Shown here: one piece after another, positions 1-14,115 of the stretch
How the letters are laid out: the number at the start of each line of letters is the position of its first letter
Position numbering within the stretch: the first letter of the stretch is position 1
DNA from: Octopus vulgaris
Taxonomy: Eukaryota
NCBI GenBank assembly: GCA_951406725.2
Contig: OX597836.1
Coordinates: 32,674,001 to 32,738,000 of the forward strand
Direction: 5' to 3'
DNA: 64,000 nucleotides
Position numbers and translations under genes: made by a program
Notes under the pieces: generated by a model
Database searches by the model: none
What the model was told of the DNA's origin: nothing
What the model saw: only the letters and a program-made list of their open reading frames with translations

Positions 1-69
1 CATCACGTCCCTGAAACTGAACAAATCCCTGAGGATGAAGGAGAAAAAAGTCGAAAGTCCTTGATAACG
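1..69 (+). CDS. Possible 3' end of an upstream exon of the otoferlin-like gene (charged linker HHVPETEQIPEDEGEKSRKSLIT)
   Basis: Open, non-repetitive, acidic/basic frame followed by ACG|GTAACA in phase 0, compatible with the phase-0 acceptor at 15752. No conserved motif confirms it. Confidence 0.35.
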
Positions 70-246
70 GTAACATTGATCTTTGAGGATTTTGGTTGCT
101 TCAGCCTCCTTGGGATTCTTTCGTCCCCTGGTGATAGCTTCATCTATTACTCCTTGACATGCTCCTTTCCTATTTAATTAACGTCTCTCTATATATATAT
201 ATATGTATATATGTATGCATGTATATATGTGTCTTTGTGTATATGC

Positions 247-278
<32 letters not shown>

Positions 279-993
279 GAATACGTGTGTTTATATGTGT
301 GGGTGGGAGGCTGTTGTGTGTGTATGTGTGTGTAATATTTCTTCTTAAATATATATGTATATATTTCTGCTCTTGCTCATATTTTATGTATGTGATGGTT
401 TTTTCTTGATGTTGATTGTTTATTTTTCTTTCAACGCTTCGTCTCTCTTTTGGAATCAATGTAAAACAACAAAAGATCTATTTCTTTCTTTTTTTTTTTT
501 TGTTAATTAATTATGTCTGAATTGAAATAACAACAAAAAAAAGGCAACATGACAGGTTCAGTTATTGTAATAAAAATTTTTTAATCAATGAAATATTTGC
601 ACAGGTGTAGCTGTGGGATAAGGAGCTTGCTACTTAACCACACGGTTCTGAGTTCAGTCCTACTGCAAGGCACCTTGTGCAAGTGTCTTCAACTACAGTC
701 CCAGATCGACCAGAGATTTGTGAGAGGAGTTAGTAGACAGAAACTGTAAAAATCTGACCATACATATACACACGCGTGCGCATGCGTGTATGTGTGTAGG
801 CAAATCAAAAATAAAAACACAAACAACAAAAGTCGAAAGGATGTACTAAGTAAATGTATTATGTTGACGCCCTGTTTAAGATGGAAAAAAAATTGGCAGC
901 GGGGTAACATCTCAAGCATGGCTCTTTGTCAGAAAGAGGAAAGAGTAAAGGTCCAGAGAGAAAGAAAAGAATAGTCTGAGAAAAGCACATGTG

Positions 994-1032
<39 letters not shown>

Positions 1033-1165
1033 TAGACACATATAGACACACACACACATGTATACATATATTCATAAATGAGTGTGTGTGTGTATATATA
1101 TATTCCCATCGGCAGTTCCCCAGCATGGCCACAGCCTTAGGGCTGTAGCATGTAAGATAATTAAA

Positions 1166-1215
<50 letters not shown>

Positions 1216-1599
1216 TAGAAGACACCTACCTAAAATGCCATACAGTGGAACTGAACCCAAGACCTTATAGTTGGAAAGCAAACTCCTTACCACACAGTCA
1301 TGCCTGCGCATGTTTTCATTATTAACAGAAAAAGTTTCTTTTGTATCTTCCAAATATGTTTGATGGGCAAGCTGGTAGACACATTGGTACAGTAGACAAA
1401 AATCTTTAGCAGTATTCTTTCTTCCAGCTCTTTCTGTTCTGAGTTCAAATCCCACTGAGGTCAACTTTGCCTTTCATCCTTATCGAAGTCTATGAAATAA
1501 AGTACTTAGTTGGTTGTGATCGACTGACACCACCCCAAAAATTTGCTGGCTTTGTGCCATAATTTGAAACCATCATCATCATTATTATTATTATTATCA

Positions 1600-1654
<55 letters not shown>

Positions 1655-1778
1655 TATGAACTCAAATTCATCCTTTCGGGGTTGATAAATTAAGTACCAG
1701 TTATACACTGGGGTCAATGAAATCAACTTATTCTCTTCCCCTCCAAAAAATGGCTGACCTTGTGGCAAAATTTGCAAC

Positions 1779-1836
<58 letters not shown>

Positions 1837-1866
1837 AATAACAATAATAATAATAATAATAATAAT

Positions 1867-2342
1867 TGTCTTGGTATAAAAGATGGGCTACAGCAAATAT
1901 TCTGCTCAATACCACAGATTTGCTTGTCAGTTGTTTGACCTTAACCAGTTGAGCATGTCCCTTAGTGGCTGACGATATGTGCATCTCTGATCACGAGCAG
2001 AAGTAGTTGGGGAGCATCATAGCCATGTGTTGAGAGGGATTCTTTGGGGTTTGAATAATTCACCTCTGGAAACATGGGTGGTTCTTTCAACATCCTTAAA
2101 CAACCCTTATTCAGGGACCTTTTGAACGGGATGGGCTACTCAACCAGAAGAAATTTCTAACTGGGCCCCACCTGCAAGGTCATGTGTTGTTTATCTTGAT
2201 ATGAGATCACCATGTCACGCACATATGGTTGTGATGCATGTGCCTGGTGTACCCTTATCAGACGGGTAGTCATGATGGGTATATTGGGCTTCGTATATTT
2301 TACCCCAGTGTCACTTTGATGGCATGAACTGCTCTCTCACTC
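1867..2342 (+). mobile_element. Retroelement 3' region inserted in (AAT)n
   Basis: Closely similar to the reverse complement of 52376-52850; (AAT)n on both sides. Confidence 0.7.
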
Positions 2343-3000
2343 AATAATAATAATAATAATAATATTAAGAAGGCAACAAGCTGGCAGAATCATAAGCAGA
2401 CAAGACAAAGCACTTAGCAACATTTCTTTTGTCTCTATGATCTAGGTTCAAATTCTGCCGAGATCGACTTTGCTTTCATCCATTCAAGGTCAATAAAAAC
2501 AAATACCAATTAAGCAGAGGAGCCGATATAATCAATTTACCCCATTCTCGAAGTTATTGGTCTTGTGCCAAAGTTTTGAAATCATTATTATTATTATTGT
2601 TATTATTCTCCTCTTAAAGGCAGTGAACTGGTGGAATCGTTAGCACGCCAGGCAAAATAGTGGAATTTCGTCTGTCCTTACATTCTGAGTTCAAATTCTA
2701 TCAAGGTCAACATCCTTTTGGGGTCAATAAATTAAGTACCAGTTGAGTACTGGGGTCGATGTAATTGACTATCCCCCTCCCAACAAATTTCAGACCTTGT
2801 GCCTACAGTAGAAAGGATTATTATTAATACTGTTATTATTGTTATTATTCCCCTCTTGAAAGTGGTTAAATCTAAGTGGAAATGAAAAGTAAATGAGTTA
2901 TTTGCTGTGAAATTGAGTATGGAATTTTGGGATGCCCAGTGTGTGTGTGATGTGTGCATGCATGTGTGTGCATGCACACGTGTGTGTGTGTGTGTGTGCA

Positions 3001-3061
<61 letters not shown>

Positions 3062-4899
3062 TGTTTTACCATAATTTTTAATCTGAAACTCAGTGCCAGA
3101 TGTAATAATAATAATGGTAATAACAATAAATGGTAATAATAATAATAATAATAGTAATAATAATAATAATAATAATGATAATAATAACAATCATAATAAT
3201 AATATACAAAACAATACATTACATAATGTTGCATTAATATTGCATAAAACAAAAAAAATGTAATATGTATATGTATGTTTACACACATAAATACACACAC
3301 ATGCACACACACGTACACACACGCATGCCCATACACACATGCACATGCATATGTCTGCGTGTGTGTGTGTGTGTGTGTGTTCATGCCTGTATGTGTGAGT
3401 GATTATGCATCTTACAGTTTACCTTTGTATTTTGAATGAACATTGTTATTCATTCTTGCATGGTGCAAGTTTATTTTCATCCCATCATTTCCATCAAACA
3501 CATCCGGGTTTTTGAACAAAATTTTAATCCCCCCCCCCCTCGGCTATCAGAAAGAATCTGAAAGAGTCCTTAACATTCCTCTATAACTGAAAACCTTTTG
3601 TCCTTCAAAACAAACATTATATTTCTGTATCTGTCTCAGGTGGTTAAAGCGTTGGGCTCACAATCATGAGGTAGTGAGTTCAATCTCCATAAACAAACTT
3701 ACCTGGGCTTGTGCCTTGGAGGGGAACTTTCTAAGTGCAATCACTTAGCCATTCATGACCGAAGGAGGTCTTTTTACCTCTAATGCTGTATACATTACTT
3801 GGAATAGTTTTTTGTTCTGTCATAATCAGAAGATAAGTGTCATAGGCATTTTTCTAATAAGGTTTGAAACAGGGTTCAAAAATTGATTCAGGTTGTCTAT
3901 CATGTTTTTTCAGTTGATGGAGAAATATTCAAATTTGCCAAGCTTGTATATCTATCATCTAAGTTTACACATAAATCTAGATATAAATACGGATATTTAT
4001 ATAGCTATAAGATATCTATCTATTTCCATATCTCACCATATGGAGATATTTTCATCACAGTTCAACCATCACTTACAAACTGAAAGATGAAAGCAACCTT
4101 TATCTGAGGAAATTCCTTGTCCAGAAGCATTGATGAAAATCTTACTTTTTATTAGTACACCTATGCCTTCTTCTCGCCAATACCTTTATCTCTACATCCA
4201 GTTTATAATACCAGCTAGTAATGTCCTGCTACCAACATCTTCATAACACTATACCATATATGAGCTGGATCCTGTTGGTCTCATTTCTACTTGAATAATC
4301 CCTGATCAAGCAGACTTATGGTGAACGTTGTTCCAGTCATGGCAATCCCTGGTTGTAATTTCTGGCATGTCCGGTAACCTCTGTGAAGGCACATGACTTA
4401 GCAGCTAAGGTATTCAGCTGATGGTTATAAGTTCAGGAGTTCTATTTCCAAAAGTGAATTGTATCCTTCAGCAAGACACTTTGTTTCATGTTACTCCAGT
4501 TCACTCAGTTAGGAAAAGTAAGTTCTACCTGTAGTTCGATGGGCCAGCCTGGTTTGGTGTTTCATGATGAAACTCCCTGAGAACTACATCAAGGGGACGG
4601 ACATGTGTCTGTGGAGGGCTCAGCCAATTGCGTGTTAATTTCACAAGCAGGCTGTTCCATTGATCAGATCAACTGGAACACTCATTGTTGTAACCGAAAG
4701 AGTACCAGGGCTTAGTAACCTCAAGGTTTCCTTGTTTGTAGCAATACGTGAGCTGTATCTTTGTGTCTATAAAATTAGATAAACTTAGATATGTTTTGGT
4801 CAAAAATTGGCTCAGACCATGTCTGACTCAACCACACATCCTGATAGAATCTGTTAAGTCTTATAGGCACATGGTGTATAAAATCACACACATAGTTCA

Positions 4900-5468
4900 T
4901 AGCAGATAAGATTTGACTGGCATGCAGTAACTGGACACCTCCTACTGATGAATTCCAGTAGAATGAAATTATGTGATAAGAGAGTCCCAGCATCCATGAC
5001 AGATGATTCTCGTCTGCTACAGAGTATCTGTACATTTTTATGCACCAAGCACTGATATCATAGCATCTCTTGAGACTAATAATGCAGTATTTGGTGTTCT
5101 AACAAGGCATCAACATTAAGTTGGGTATAATGATTACTTTTGTTATTAGTACTGCATCCATCATTAATAATTAGTTTTTAACAGGCTTGCTTGATATTTG
5201 CAATACCAGTGTCAGTAAAGATGCTGATATTCTACATTATATCTTAGCAGCAAGATTTGACTGGCATGTGGTGAGCAGACATCTCCCACTGATGATTACC
5301 AGTAGAATGAAATCAGGGGATATGAGACTTCCAGTACCCATGACAGACAATTCTTTTCTGCTATAATTTATGTGTGTGTGCACCAAACCCCTAAATGAGA
5401 GTATCTCTTGAGGCTAGTAATGCAGTATTTGTTATTCTAACAAGGCATCCTGGTTAAGTTGGATATAA
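4900..5468 (+). repeat. Diverged 344-bp-period direct repeat with a hammerhead-like core in each unit
   Basis: aagatttgactggcat...ctgatga(a/t)t(t/a)ccagtagaatgaaa...tcttgag(a/g)cta(a/g)taatgcagtatttg occurs twice; ctgatga at 4945 and 5289. Confidence 0.7.
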
Positions 5469-6253
5469 GCCGTTTTGCAAATAATATATATGTGTGTGTG
5501 TTTATGTGGTGTGTGTGAGTATGTGTGTGTGTATGTGCTTGTGTGGGTGTATGGTGTGGGAATGTGTGTTAGTGGGTGGATGTGTGCTTGTGTGGGATGT
5601 GTGTATATGTGGTGTATGTGAGTGTGTGTGCTTGTGTGGTGTGTGTGTGTGAGTGTATTGTGTGCATGTGAGTGTGTGTGGTTGTGCCTGTGTGGTGTAT
5701 GTGTGGGCTTGTGTAGTGTGTGCATGTGTGTGTGTAGCTATGTGTATGAGTATACATGCATATATGTATGACAGGTATGTATGTATGAAGGCATATGGCT
5801 TATTGGTTAGGGTAGTCATGAGTTCAATTCCTGATGGTGAATTCTGACCTTAAGCAAGACACTTTATTTCACATTTTCTCCTGTCCACTCGGCTGGCAAA
5901 AATGAGTAGTACCTGTAATTCAAAGGGGCCAGCCTGGTTACATTCTGTGTTACACTGAATCTCCCTGAGAACTTTGTTAAGGGTAGGCATGTTTGTGGAG
6001 TGCTCAGCCACCACTAACACATTAATTTCATGAACAGGCTGTTCCATACATTGGATCAACTGGAACCCTCATCGTCATAACCAACAGTCCCAGTTTTATA
6101 TTTACATCGATAGGCATGGGAGTATATGCATGTGTATGTCTGCGTGCTGGCATATACGCATATAAATGCATGTGTGTGTGTTTGTATATATCTGTGTGTG
6201 TGTGTATACATACATAAATATACACACACACACACATACATATATATATGTAT

Positions 6254-6293
<40 letters not shown>

Positions 6294-6551
6294 AAGTCAT
6301 ATGTATATATATATATATATATATATTATATGTGTGTGTATATATATATATATATATACATATATAAATATACACACACACATCCACATATATATATATG
6401 TATATACATAAATATATATACATATATAAATATATATATCAAAGCCATATGTATATATATATTATATATATATATGACTTTGGTAGCTTATGAATGCATT
6501 CTCTATTATATACACTACCCTAAATTATGTTGCATCGTGCCCTATACCAAT

Positions 6552-8550
6552 AGATAGATAGACAGATAGAGAGATGATGGCAATCCACTTTGACCGAGGA
6601 AAACCGTTACTGACCATTAGGAACATTGTGCACTCAGGACTACCTTATACTTTACAATTGCAGCTCCATTGGTGACTAACAAGCCCTGCTCTTGACAAAT
6701 ATATGCAATTGCTAACATTGCAGACTAAGCTTTCCCCATTCATTACACTCGCAGTGCATTTCTGAGCAGCACACTTAAATTTTACATGAAGAATATGTAC
6801 TCTTTCAAAGGTATCGACTCCCTCCTTTACCTGTTTCCTCTATCCATGGCGATGACAAACATTGCTCTTCCAGTCATCCTCCCACATTTCACTGGCCTTT
6901 GATGAGGACTTTACACAGTCTTTAAATCACAGTCTTGGCTTTTGGCTGTTTGGGGATCCTGCTATCCTTCATTCTAACTTGGTGTCCTGTCCAACATAAC
7001 CAGTGTTTGTGCACCATTGCCTCAATACTCAGGATATATCGGCTTTCCTCAGGACCTGTGTATCTGAAGTTTTTAAAGTCCAGCCAGCATATAAGAATGT
7101 TTCTCAGACATCTCTGATGGAAGCATTCAAGGACCTCTAATTGACGTTTGTAAAGGGTCCATGTCTCAAATGAGTAAAGGAGTGATGTCAGTACACATGC
7201 TCAGTACACAGCAATTTTTGTTTCCCTTGTGATGCCATGCTGGGACCAGACAAGAGACTTAAGAGACTGGAAGGAATCAGTTGCTCTCTGCAGTCTGAAA
7301 GATATTTCATCATACAGGGAGCAAGAACGGCTGAATGTGCAGCCCAGGTAGACAAACTTGTCTACCACTTTCAGTATTGTTCCTTCAACCAACAGAGCTG
7401 GTTCCACATATTTGTTTCCTGGTGCAGGATGGAACATTATAACAGTCTTGTGCAGGCTAATGCTGAATCCAAATGCCTTGCAAGAAGCAGAAATACAATT
7501 CACAAGTATTTGCATATCATCTGCTGTATGAGTGACTAAGTCACAGTCATCTGCATAAAGGAGGTCACAAATAAGAGACTGGAAAACTTTTGAATTGGCA
7601 GCAAATTGATGTAGGTTAAAAAGATCTAGAGAAAAGAGAGTTGGTGCAAGGATGTCACCCTGCTTGACATCGTTCTCTACAGGGATGGGTCCCACCATGC
7701 CACCACCAACATTGACCCAGGCCTCCATCCCACCATGAATTGATTTGATTATTGATACAAAGTTATCCTCACATCGAAGTTTGCCAAATATTTTCCACAG
7801 GGAGGCCCTATTCAGTATCAAAGGCCTTGGTTAAATCAATGAATACCTGGACAAGATCCATATTCTACTCATAGCATTTTTCCTGCATCTGTCTTTCTGT
7901 GAAAATCATATCCATCATTCCTCTTCTAGGTCAGAAACCACATTGCGATTCAGATAGGACATCATTTACAAGACACCTATTCAGGTGGGTAAGAAGAATA
8001 CTTGCCAGTAGAGCAATACCTCTGTAGTTGCCACACTGTACTCTGGCTCCCTCTCCTTTATAGAGAAAAAGAATAATTGCATCCTTCCAGTCCTTAGGCA
8101 TTGCACCATCCGTCCAGATTATACCAAGTTCACGAAGGGACTGTTTGATGTGATGACCACTAAATTGCAGGACCTCAGCATAAATACCATCCTAACCTGG
8201 TGCCTTACCAAGATTCAATTTACTTATTGCTGCCATTACCTCATTTATTGAGGACGTAGAATTTAAGGAGCTAATGACAGGTCTCTGTTGCATAGTGTCA
8301 ATCATTGCTTCATCCAAAACTGGCTCGTGGTTTAAGGGTTCAGAAAAATGTTCAATCCAGCAACCCGTGATCTCTCTTTATTAGTAAACAGAGTAGAAGA
8401 CTCCTTGGAAAGCAAAGGGGCTGATGCAGAGTTCTTAGGCCCATAAACTTGCTTCATAAGATAGTAAAGCTTTTTGCCGTCATTTGCATCAGAAGCAGCC
8501 TGAACGTCATGAGCAAGATACCCTCACCAGGTATCTTGAGAGATTGCTGC
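6552..8550 (-). mobile_element. Decayed, 5'-truncated RTE-clade LINE (reverse transcriptase and C-terminus)
   Basis: ORF 7201-7821 has QGDILAPTLFS, LLYADD and KFVYLG. Near 6660-6722 is a C-terminal CNVSNCIYLSRAGLVSHQ zinc-knuckle-like motif. Stops and frameshifts are present; both ends abut (GATA)n. Confidence 0.88.
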
Positions 8551-8587
<37 letters not shown>

Positions 8588-9186
8588 CATACATACATAC
8601 ATACATACATACATACATACATACATACATACACACACACATACATACATACATACATACATACATACATACATACATACATGCATACACATACATGTAT
8701 ACATACATAAACATATACATATATAACTGAACTATTCCAGCTGCCCCTTTCCTTTTAAAACCACATCCTCATTCCTCATTCTACATTTACCATTTCTCAT
8801 TTTGGCATATTGATTGAAAATATGCACTGAATTTTCTTCTATTCCTTCTCTTTCTGTCAATGACACCAGGACGGCATGACTAGAATAGTTATACTAATCC
8901 ACTAAATTTAAATTTCAACTTGTATTTTTTAAACAAAATATTTTTCTAAATATCTAGATTAGATTAACAATAGTTTGTTTTCTTTTTTTTTGTGGGGGTT
9001 TTTCTCTCCTTTCTTTATCTTTGCTTATTTTTCTGTTGTAATTTTGCAGGTTTGTCTTTTCAAGCTTTTTGTGTCATGGTTTTGCCAAACTGTACTTCTT
9101 TAGCGGCTTCATTTCTTTCATTATTATTATCATGATCATTATTATTGTTGTTATTATTACTATTCTTGTTATTATTATTATTATTA

Positions 9187-9237
<51 letters not shown>

Positions 9238-9316
9238 CTATTATTATTATGAAATTACAAAAGACAAAATAGTTCCATCCATATTGCATGCTTAACAAAA
9301 ATATTGCAGAGTGGGC

Positions 9317-9359
<43 letters not shown>

Positions 9360-9516
9360 TAACTGTTTCAGATTTAAGGACTGCTTTACGTAGCTATATC
9401 TTTAGAAGTTGTTTGAAGTTTTTGCATTTGGAATATTTGAATTTCATTTCTTTCAATTAGCATGTTTTTCCGTATACTAAGCTAATGTTAAATGTATATA
9501 CACATGCATACACACA

Positions 9517-9556
<40 letters not shown>

Positions 9557-9846
9557 TGTATATATATATAGTGTACTGTTCCATGATGGTAGGATCAACA
9601 AAAAAATTACTCCATCTGGTGAGAGATAAATGATGTTTAATAAATGCAATATATCTTTTAATGTGCTACTATTCATTTCATGTGCTGTCCACATGGCATA
9701 ATGAACTACAATTTTAGTTCCTTATTCCATGTGAGTAGTGTCTGATGATTGTGCTAGGACACCAGACATGTTAAAAAACACTGTTTGACATGCTCTCAGT
9801 ACATGAAACTAACAGTGCCACATAAAAACACATATTGTATGTGTGT

Positions 9847-9935
<89 letters not shown>

Positions 9936-9969
9936 CACACACACGCACACACGCGCAAAGGTTGTCATT

Positions 9970-10028
9970 ATAGTACCTGGAGTTTCGATTGTCGGAGCGA
10001 AGAGCTACGATACATTCTCATCAGCTAT
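9970..10028 (-). ncRNA. Type-I hammerhead ribozyme, family C, intact core
   Basis: Minus strand: AUAG-CUGAUGA-GAAUGU(19 nt)ACAAUC-GAAACU-CCA-GGUA-CUAU. An inverted partial copy (acattcgaaactctgagtactataatgacaacc) lies at 10191-10223. Confidence 0.7.
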
Positions 10029-11620
10029 TAATGGCAACAGATGCTATGAAAAACCATTGAATAAAAAGGAAGTTACTCTAATAGATGGAAAAAGAAACCT
10101 TATTCTCACAATACATAGACATAAACCTCCTGCATTCACAACATCCACATATGTACACACTCACATAAACATGTATATGCACAGGCACATACATTCGAAA
10201 CTCTGAGTACTATAATGACAACCTTTTACTGCTTGTTCTAAATTATATATATAAATAATCCTCTATTTATCTAATATCGAGGTCTCATTCTTTTGTTGTT
10301 ACTTGTTATTATTATTATTATTGTTATTATTGTTAATAACAAAGGGTAAAATTAATTAATTTAGAATTAATCAATAATTTCACCAAGTAGAATTCGGCAT
10401 GAAAAAGGACCATTTCACAGTAAACTTAAGTAATACTTTATAATTAGGGTTCAGCAAAAATTTGCTTTACCACATACCGAAGTTTAATATATATATACTA
10501 CAGCACTCCACCGGTTACAATGACAAGGGTTCCAAGTAATCCAATCAATGGAACAGCCTGCTCGTGAAATTAATGTGCAAGTGGCTGAGCATTCCACAGA
10601 CATGTGTACCATTAACATAGTTCTCAGGGAGATTCAGCATGACACAGTGTGACAAGGCTGGCCCTTTTGAAATACAGGTACAACAGAAACAGGAAGAAAG
10701 AGTGAGAGAAAATTGTGGTGAAAGAGTACAGCAGGGTTCGCCACCACCTCCTGCAGGAGCCTTGTGGAGCTTTAAGTGTTTTTGCTCAATAAACACTCAC
10801 AACGCCTGGTCTGGGAATCGAAACTGCAATCCTATGGCCACAAGTCTGCTGCCCTAACATGAATATCTTTTTAATAGTTTCCTCTGATTTTAATTACTGA
10901 CTTATGTCAATTAGGGAGATACCTCCATTAGATAGGAATCTGTGTAAACTATCTTTCCTTGTTTACAACGGTAGACTCCAGTACACGGTAACACGCATGT
11001 GCACCAGTATGCTCATGCACCAGTACACACACAGACACACACATATACACACTTAAACATGTATACATTGTTGATGTCATAAGAATTAATAAAATTTGGA
11101 GAGAACGTGAAATAATTCTTATTTGGAACTGGATCTTGAAGCACATATAAAGCACATATTTTACTCAGACGGGTCCCCATAACCATTTGATGTCTAAAAG
11201 AATCCCCTTATATAGGTGTAGCCATAGCTGTGTGCTACAAAGTTTGCATCCCAATTACATGGTTCCAGGTTCAGTCCCATAGCATGTCAACTTGGGCAAG
11301 TGTTTTCTACTATAGCCTCAGGCTGACCAAAACCTTGTGAGTGGATTTGGTCGATGGAAACTGAAAGAAGCCCATCGTGTATATATGTATGGATCTGTGT
11401 TGATCTTTGTACCTGTGCTTGTCACCCACCACCACTTGACAACCAGTGTTGGTGTATTTACATCCCCATAACTTAGTGGTTCAGCAAAAGTAACCAATAG
11501 AATAAGTACAAAGCTTTAAAAAAAATTAAGTATTGGGGTTGAGCTGCTAAACTAAAATTTTTCAATGCAGTGCCCCAGCATGGCCGCAGTTTAATGAATG
11601 AAACAAGTAAAACATAAAAG

Positions 11621-11660
<40 letters not shown>

Positions 11661-11969
11661 ATGTGTATGTGTGTGTGTGAACAAGAACAAGACTGCATAA
11701 TTCAATAACCAGTTAATGACATTTATAAAACAAGATAAATCAATCATAAGTCTGTGATATTTCAATGCAAACTGAAAGAAAAGAGGTACCATCCAGGGAA
11801 ATGGCACCTAACTGTACAGACAAGGTTCTTTACTTCGTTGAATTTTATTAAATAAAAATGAGTTAGGCACTACAATGAATACTTTGAAAATTTTTTAAAC
11901 TTTTGTTGCTTAAAAGTGTGATTTTTCATTTTACTACATTTTTTTAAAAAATTTTTTATTTTGCCTTCT

Positions 11970-12562
11970 TTAACCCTTTTGTTACCAAATTCCAATTGAA
12001 AATCACTGCCTTTGTTTAAATTCATTTTGAAAATGTTCAAGAATTTTGAGATATAACAATAATTATTAAGCTGATGTTTGGAACATTAATTAGCTTGGAA
12101 CATTAATTAGTATTAATTAGTTTGGAACATTAATTACAAAGAAATTTGGAGAGATTTTAATTTAGATCACTCTAAACCTTTCGTTGTTATATTTCTATTG
12201 AAATTCACTGCCTTTCGCTTAATTAATTTTGAAAATGATGAAGAGTTTTGTGAGATAATGATACTTATTAAACTGATGTCTGGAACATTAATTAACATAT
12301 TCTAATGAAAGATTTTAATTTCGATCATTTTGACCCTTTCGCTACCATATTTCAATTGCAGCACACTGCATTTGCTTCAATTAATTTCAAAATTAATGAA
12401 GGATTTCATAAAAATAACTCTATCATTAATAAGTTAGAGTCTGAGATATAAATTAACATGGAATTTTAATGGAAATTTTTGATTTGGATTGCTTTAAAAA
12501 GTGGAAGTTTTTATCAAAGGACCAGGGACAGTCTCAGGCGAGTTGGTACCAAAAAGGTGAAT
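11970..12562. repeat. AT-rich interspersed element with about 160-bp tandem subunits starting ttaacccttt
   Basis: Subunits at about 11971, 12174 and 12331. The same family lies at 27160-28510, where an inverted copy has ttaacccttt...aaagggtcaa ends (possible TTAA MITE). Confidence 0.6.
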
Positions 12563-12725
12563 GAAAAATAAATAAATGAACTTTATATGTATTTCCTTTC
12601 AGTTTTTCAGCCATTTGAAGAATCCTTTCTTCAAATATTAATTGATTGTTGGATTTAGGATTGCTTAGAAAATGCATATTTTTCTACATTAAATATAGAC
12701 ATTAATTTAATAAAAGTTACTAAAT

Positions 12726-12756
<31 letters not shown>

Positions 12757-14070
12757 TACACACACACACAGAGTTAATCATAAGTTTTAAACAAATAAAC
12801 CAGCTTTACATCATAAATTGAATACTTTCTTCTCTGTCTATATTTAACTTTAATCCCCTTTTACTACAGAAAACCGTTTTATAAACCATTCTATTTTTGT
12901 TGAGTAATCCCATATTTGAAACTATTTTCTGTTGAAATATGGCAAGTTTATTTGAGGCAATATAAGTTGCAGAAAATACCATTCCTATTTTTTGGTAGAT
13001 ATTTAACTTCATTACTGGGACAATCTTGGAATCTAATTTCACTGTTAAAGGGTTAAGGGACTTCATCAAACCTGTGATCAAAGACATTCCAACCATGACT
13101 GTCCTACTTTTTTTCCAGACACACTGAATTCAGGGACTGCATTATCCAATGTTTCTTACTTTATTTTAACCATTTTATTGCGGAAATCAAATATATTCAC
13201 TCAAAATTTCATTACCCTTAACAACAGAAAATAGTTTTATATACCAATCTGTATTTTGTTGAGGAATGTCATGTTTGAAATTATTTCCTGTTGTGATATG
13301 GCAAGTTTGTTGAGGTAGTGTGCCTTGCAGAAAATAACAGTTCTATTTTTTGGCTGATATTTAACATCATTATTTGAATAACCAGAAATTTAATTTCACA
13401 GCTAAAGGATTAAACAAAATAAATGGTCTTTTTTTATATATATATTTTTAAATGTATGAAACTTCATGATGTATATTTTCTTACTTTCACTTGTTTTCAA
13501 AATCTCTCATCTTAATGTTTCCATTTTACTGCGTTTATATTTGTTTTCATACTTGATCAAATTATTTCATTTCTAAATTATGATTTCTTCTCATTCAATG
13601 TTAATAAATATTTTCAAATAATCATCTCACAACAACATTAAAACCTAAAACTGTAAATATTTTCTGGTATACAAGTCAACATAGTATATAGTGTAGACAT
13701 GTGGTGTAAACATTCAAACATTGTCACCATCTTTCCAAAACCTGCTGCATTTCACATGGAATTTCTAGTCCTTGTCAACCTATCTCTTTTGGGCTATAAA
13801 TTTTGATTTGAAAAATTTGACTTGTATGCTGGAAAATACAGTATAAATGCTAATCTCTTTTAACTTGGTAAATACTTTGATATGTAATAATAGATGGATT
13901 AAGCCCATCAAATCAAACCCAATCAGCAATTTATTATCGGTAAATTATGTTAGCAGACCTACTTCCTTATATTTTAATAATCGAAATCCCATTTGGTGAA
14001 ATTTGAACTCAAACCACTGAAGCAGTGACATTAACAACTTGGGAAAGTATTGATTCAAAAATTTCTCTTA

Positions 14071-14115
14071 GTTGTTCTGATGAAGCCTTTTGAAGCAGAA
14101 ACACATGTCCACAGC
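14071..14115 (+). ncRNA. Degenerate hammerhead-like motif
   Basis: gttgtt-ctgatga-agccttttgaagca-gaaac-acat-gtc-cacagc: core intact, stems I and II eroded. Confidence 0.4.

Noticed and set aside
881-995. Purine-rich stretch after ttaag that looks like a Lys-rich ferlin linker exon
   Set aside because: All three frames hit stops and the acceptor is weak. A very short exon ending at gtaaca (904) cannot be excluded but is unsupported.
9737-9783. agtgt-ctgatga-ttgtgctaggacacc-agac hammerhead-like stretch
   Set aside because: GAAA is missing and the stems are poor; too degenerate to call.
9835-10206. 123-aa ORF with a non-repetitive middle
   Set aside because: It starts in a microsatellite and overlaps the antisense of a hammerhead-bearing repeat; no recognisable protein motif.
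12840-13415. Two similar segments of about 215 bp, about 360 bp apart
   Set aside because: Diverged AT-rich repeat copies ending in aaagg(g/a)ttaa, with no ribozyme core or coding signal; ordinary MITE-like debris.
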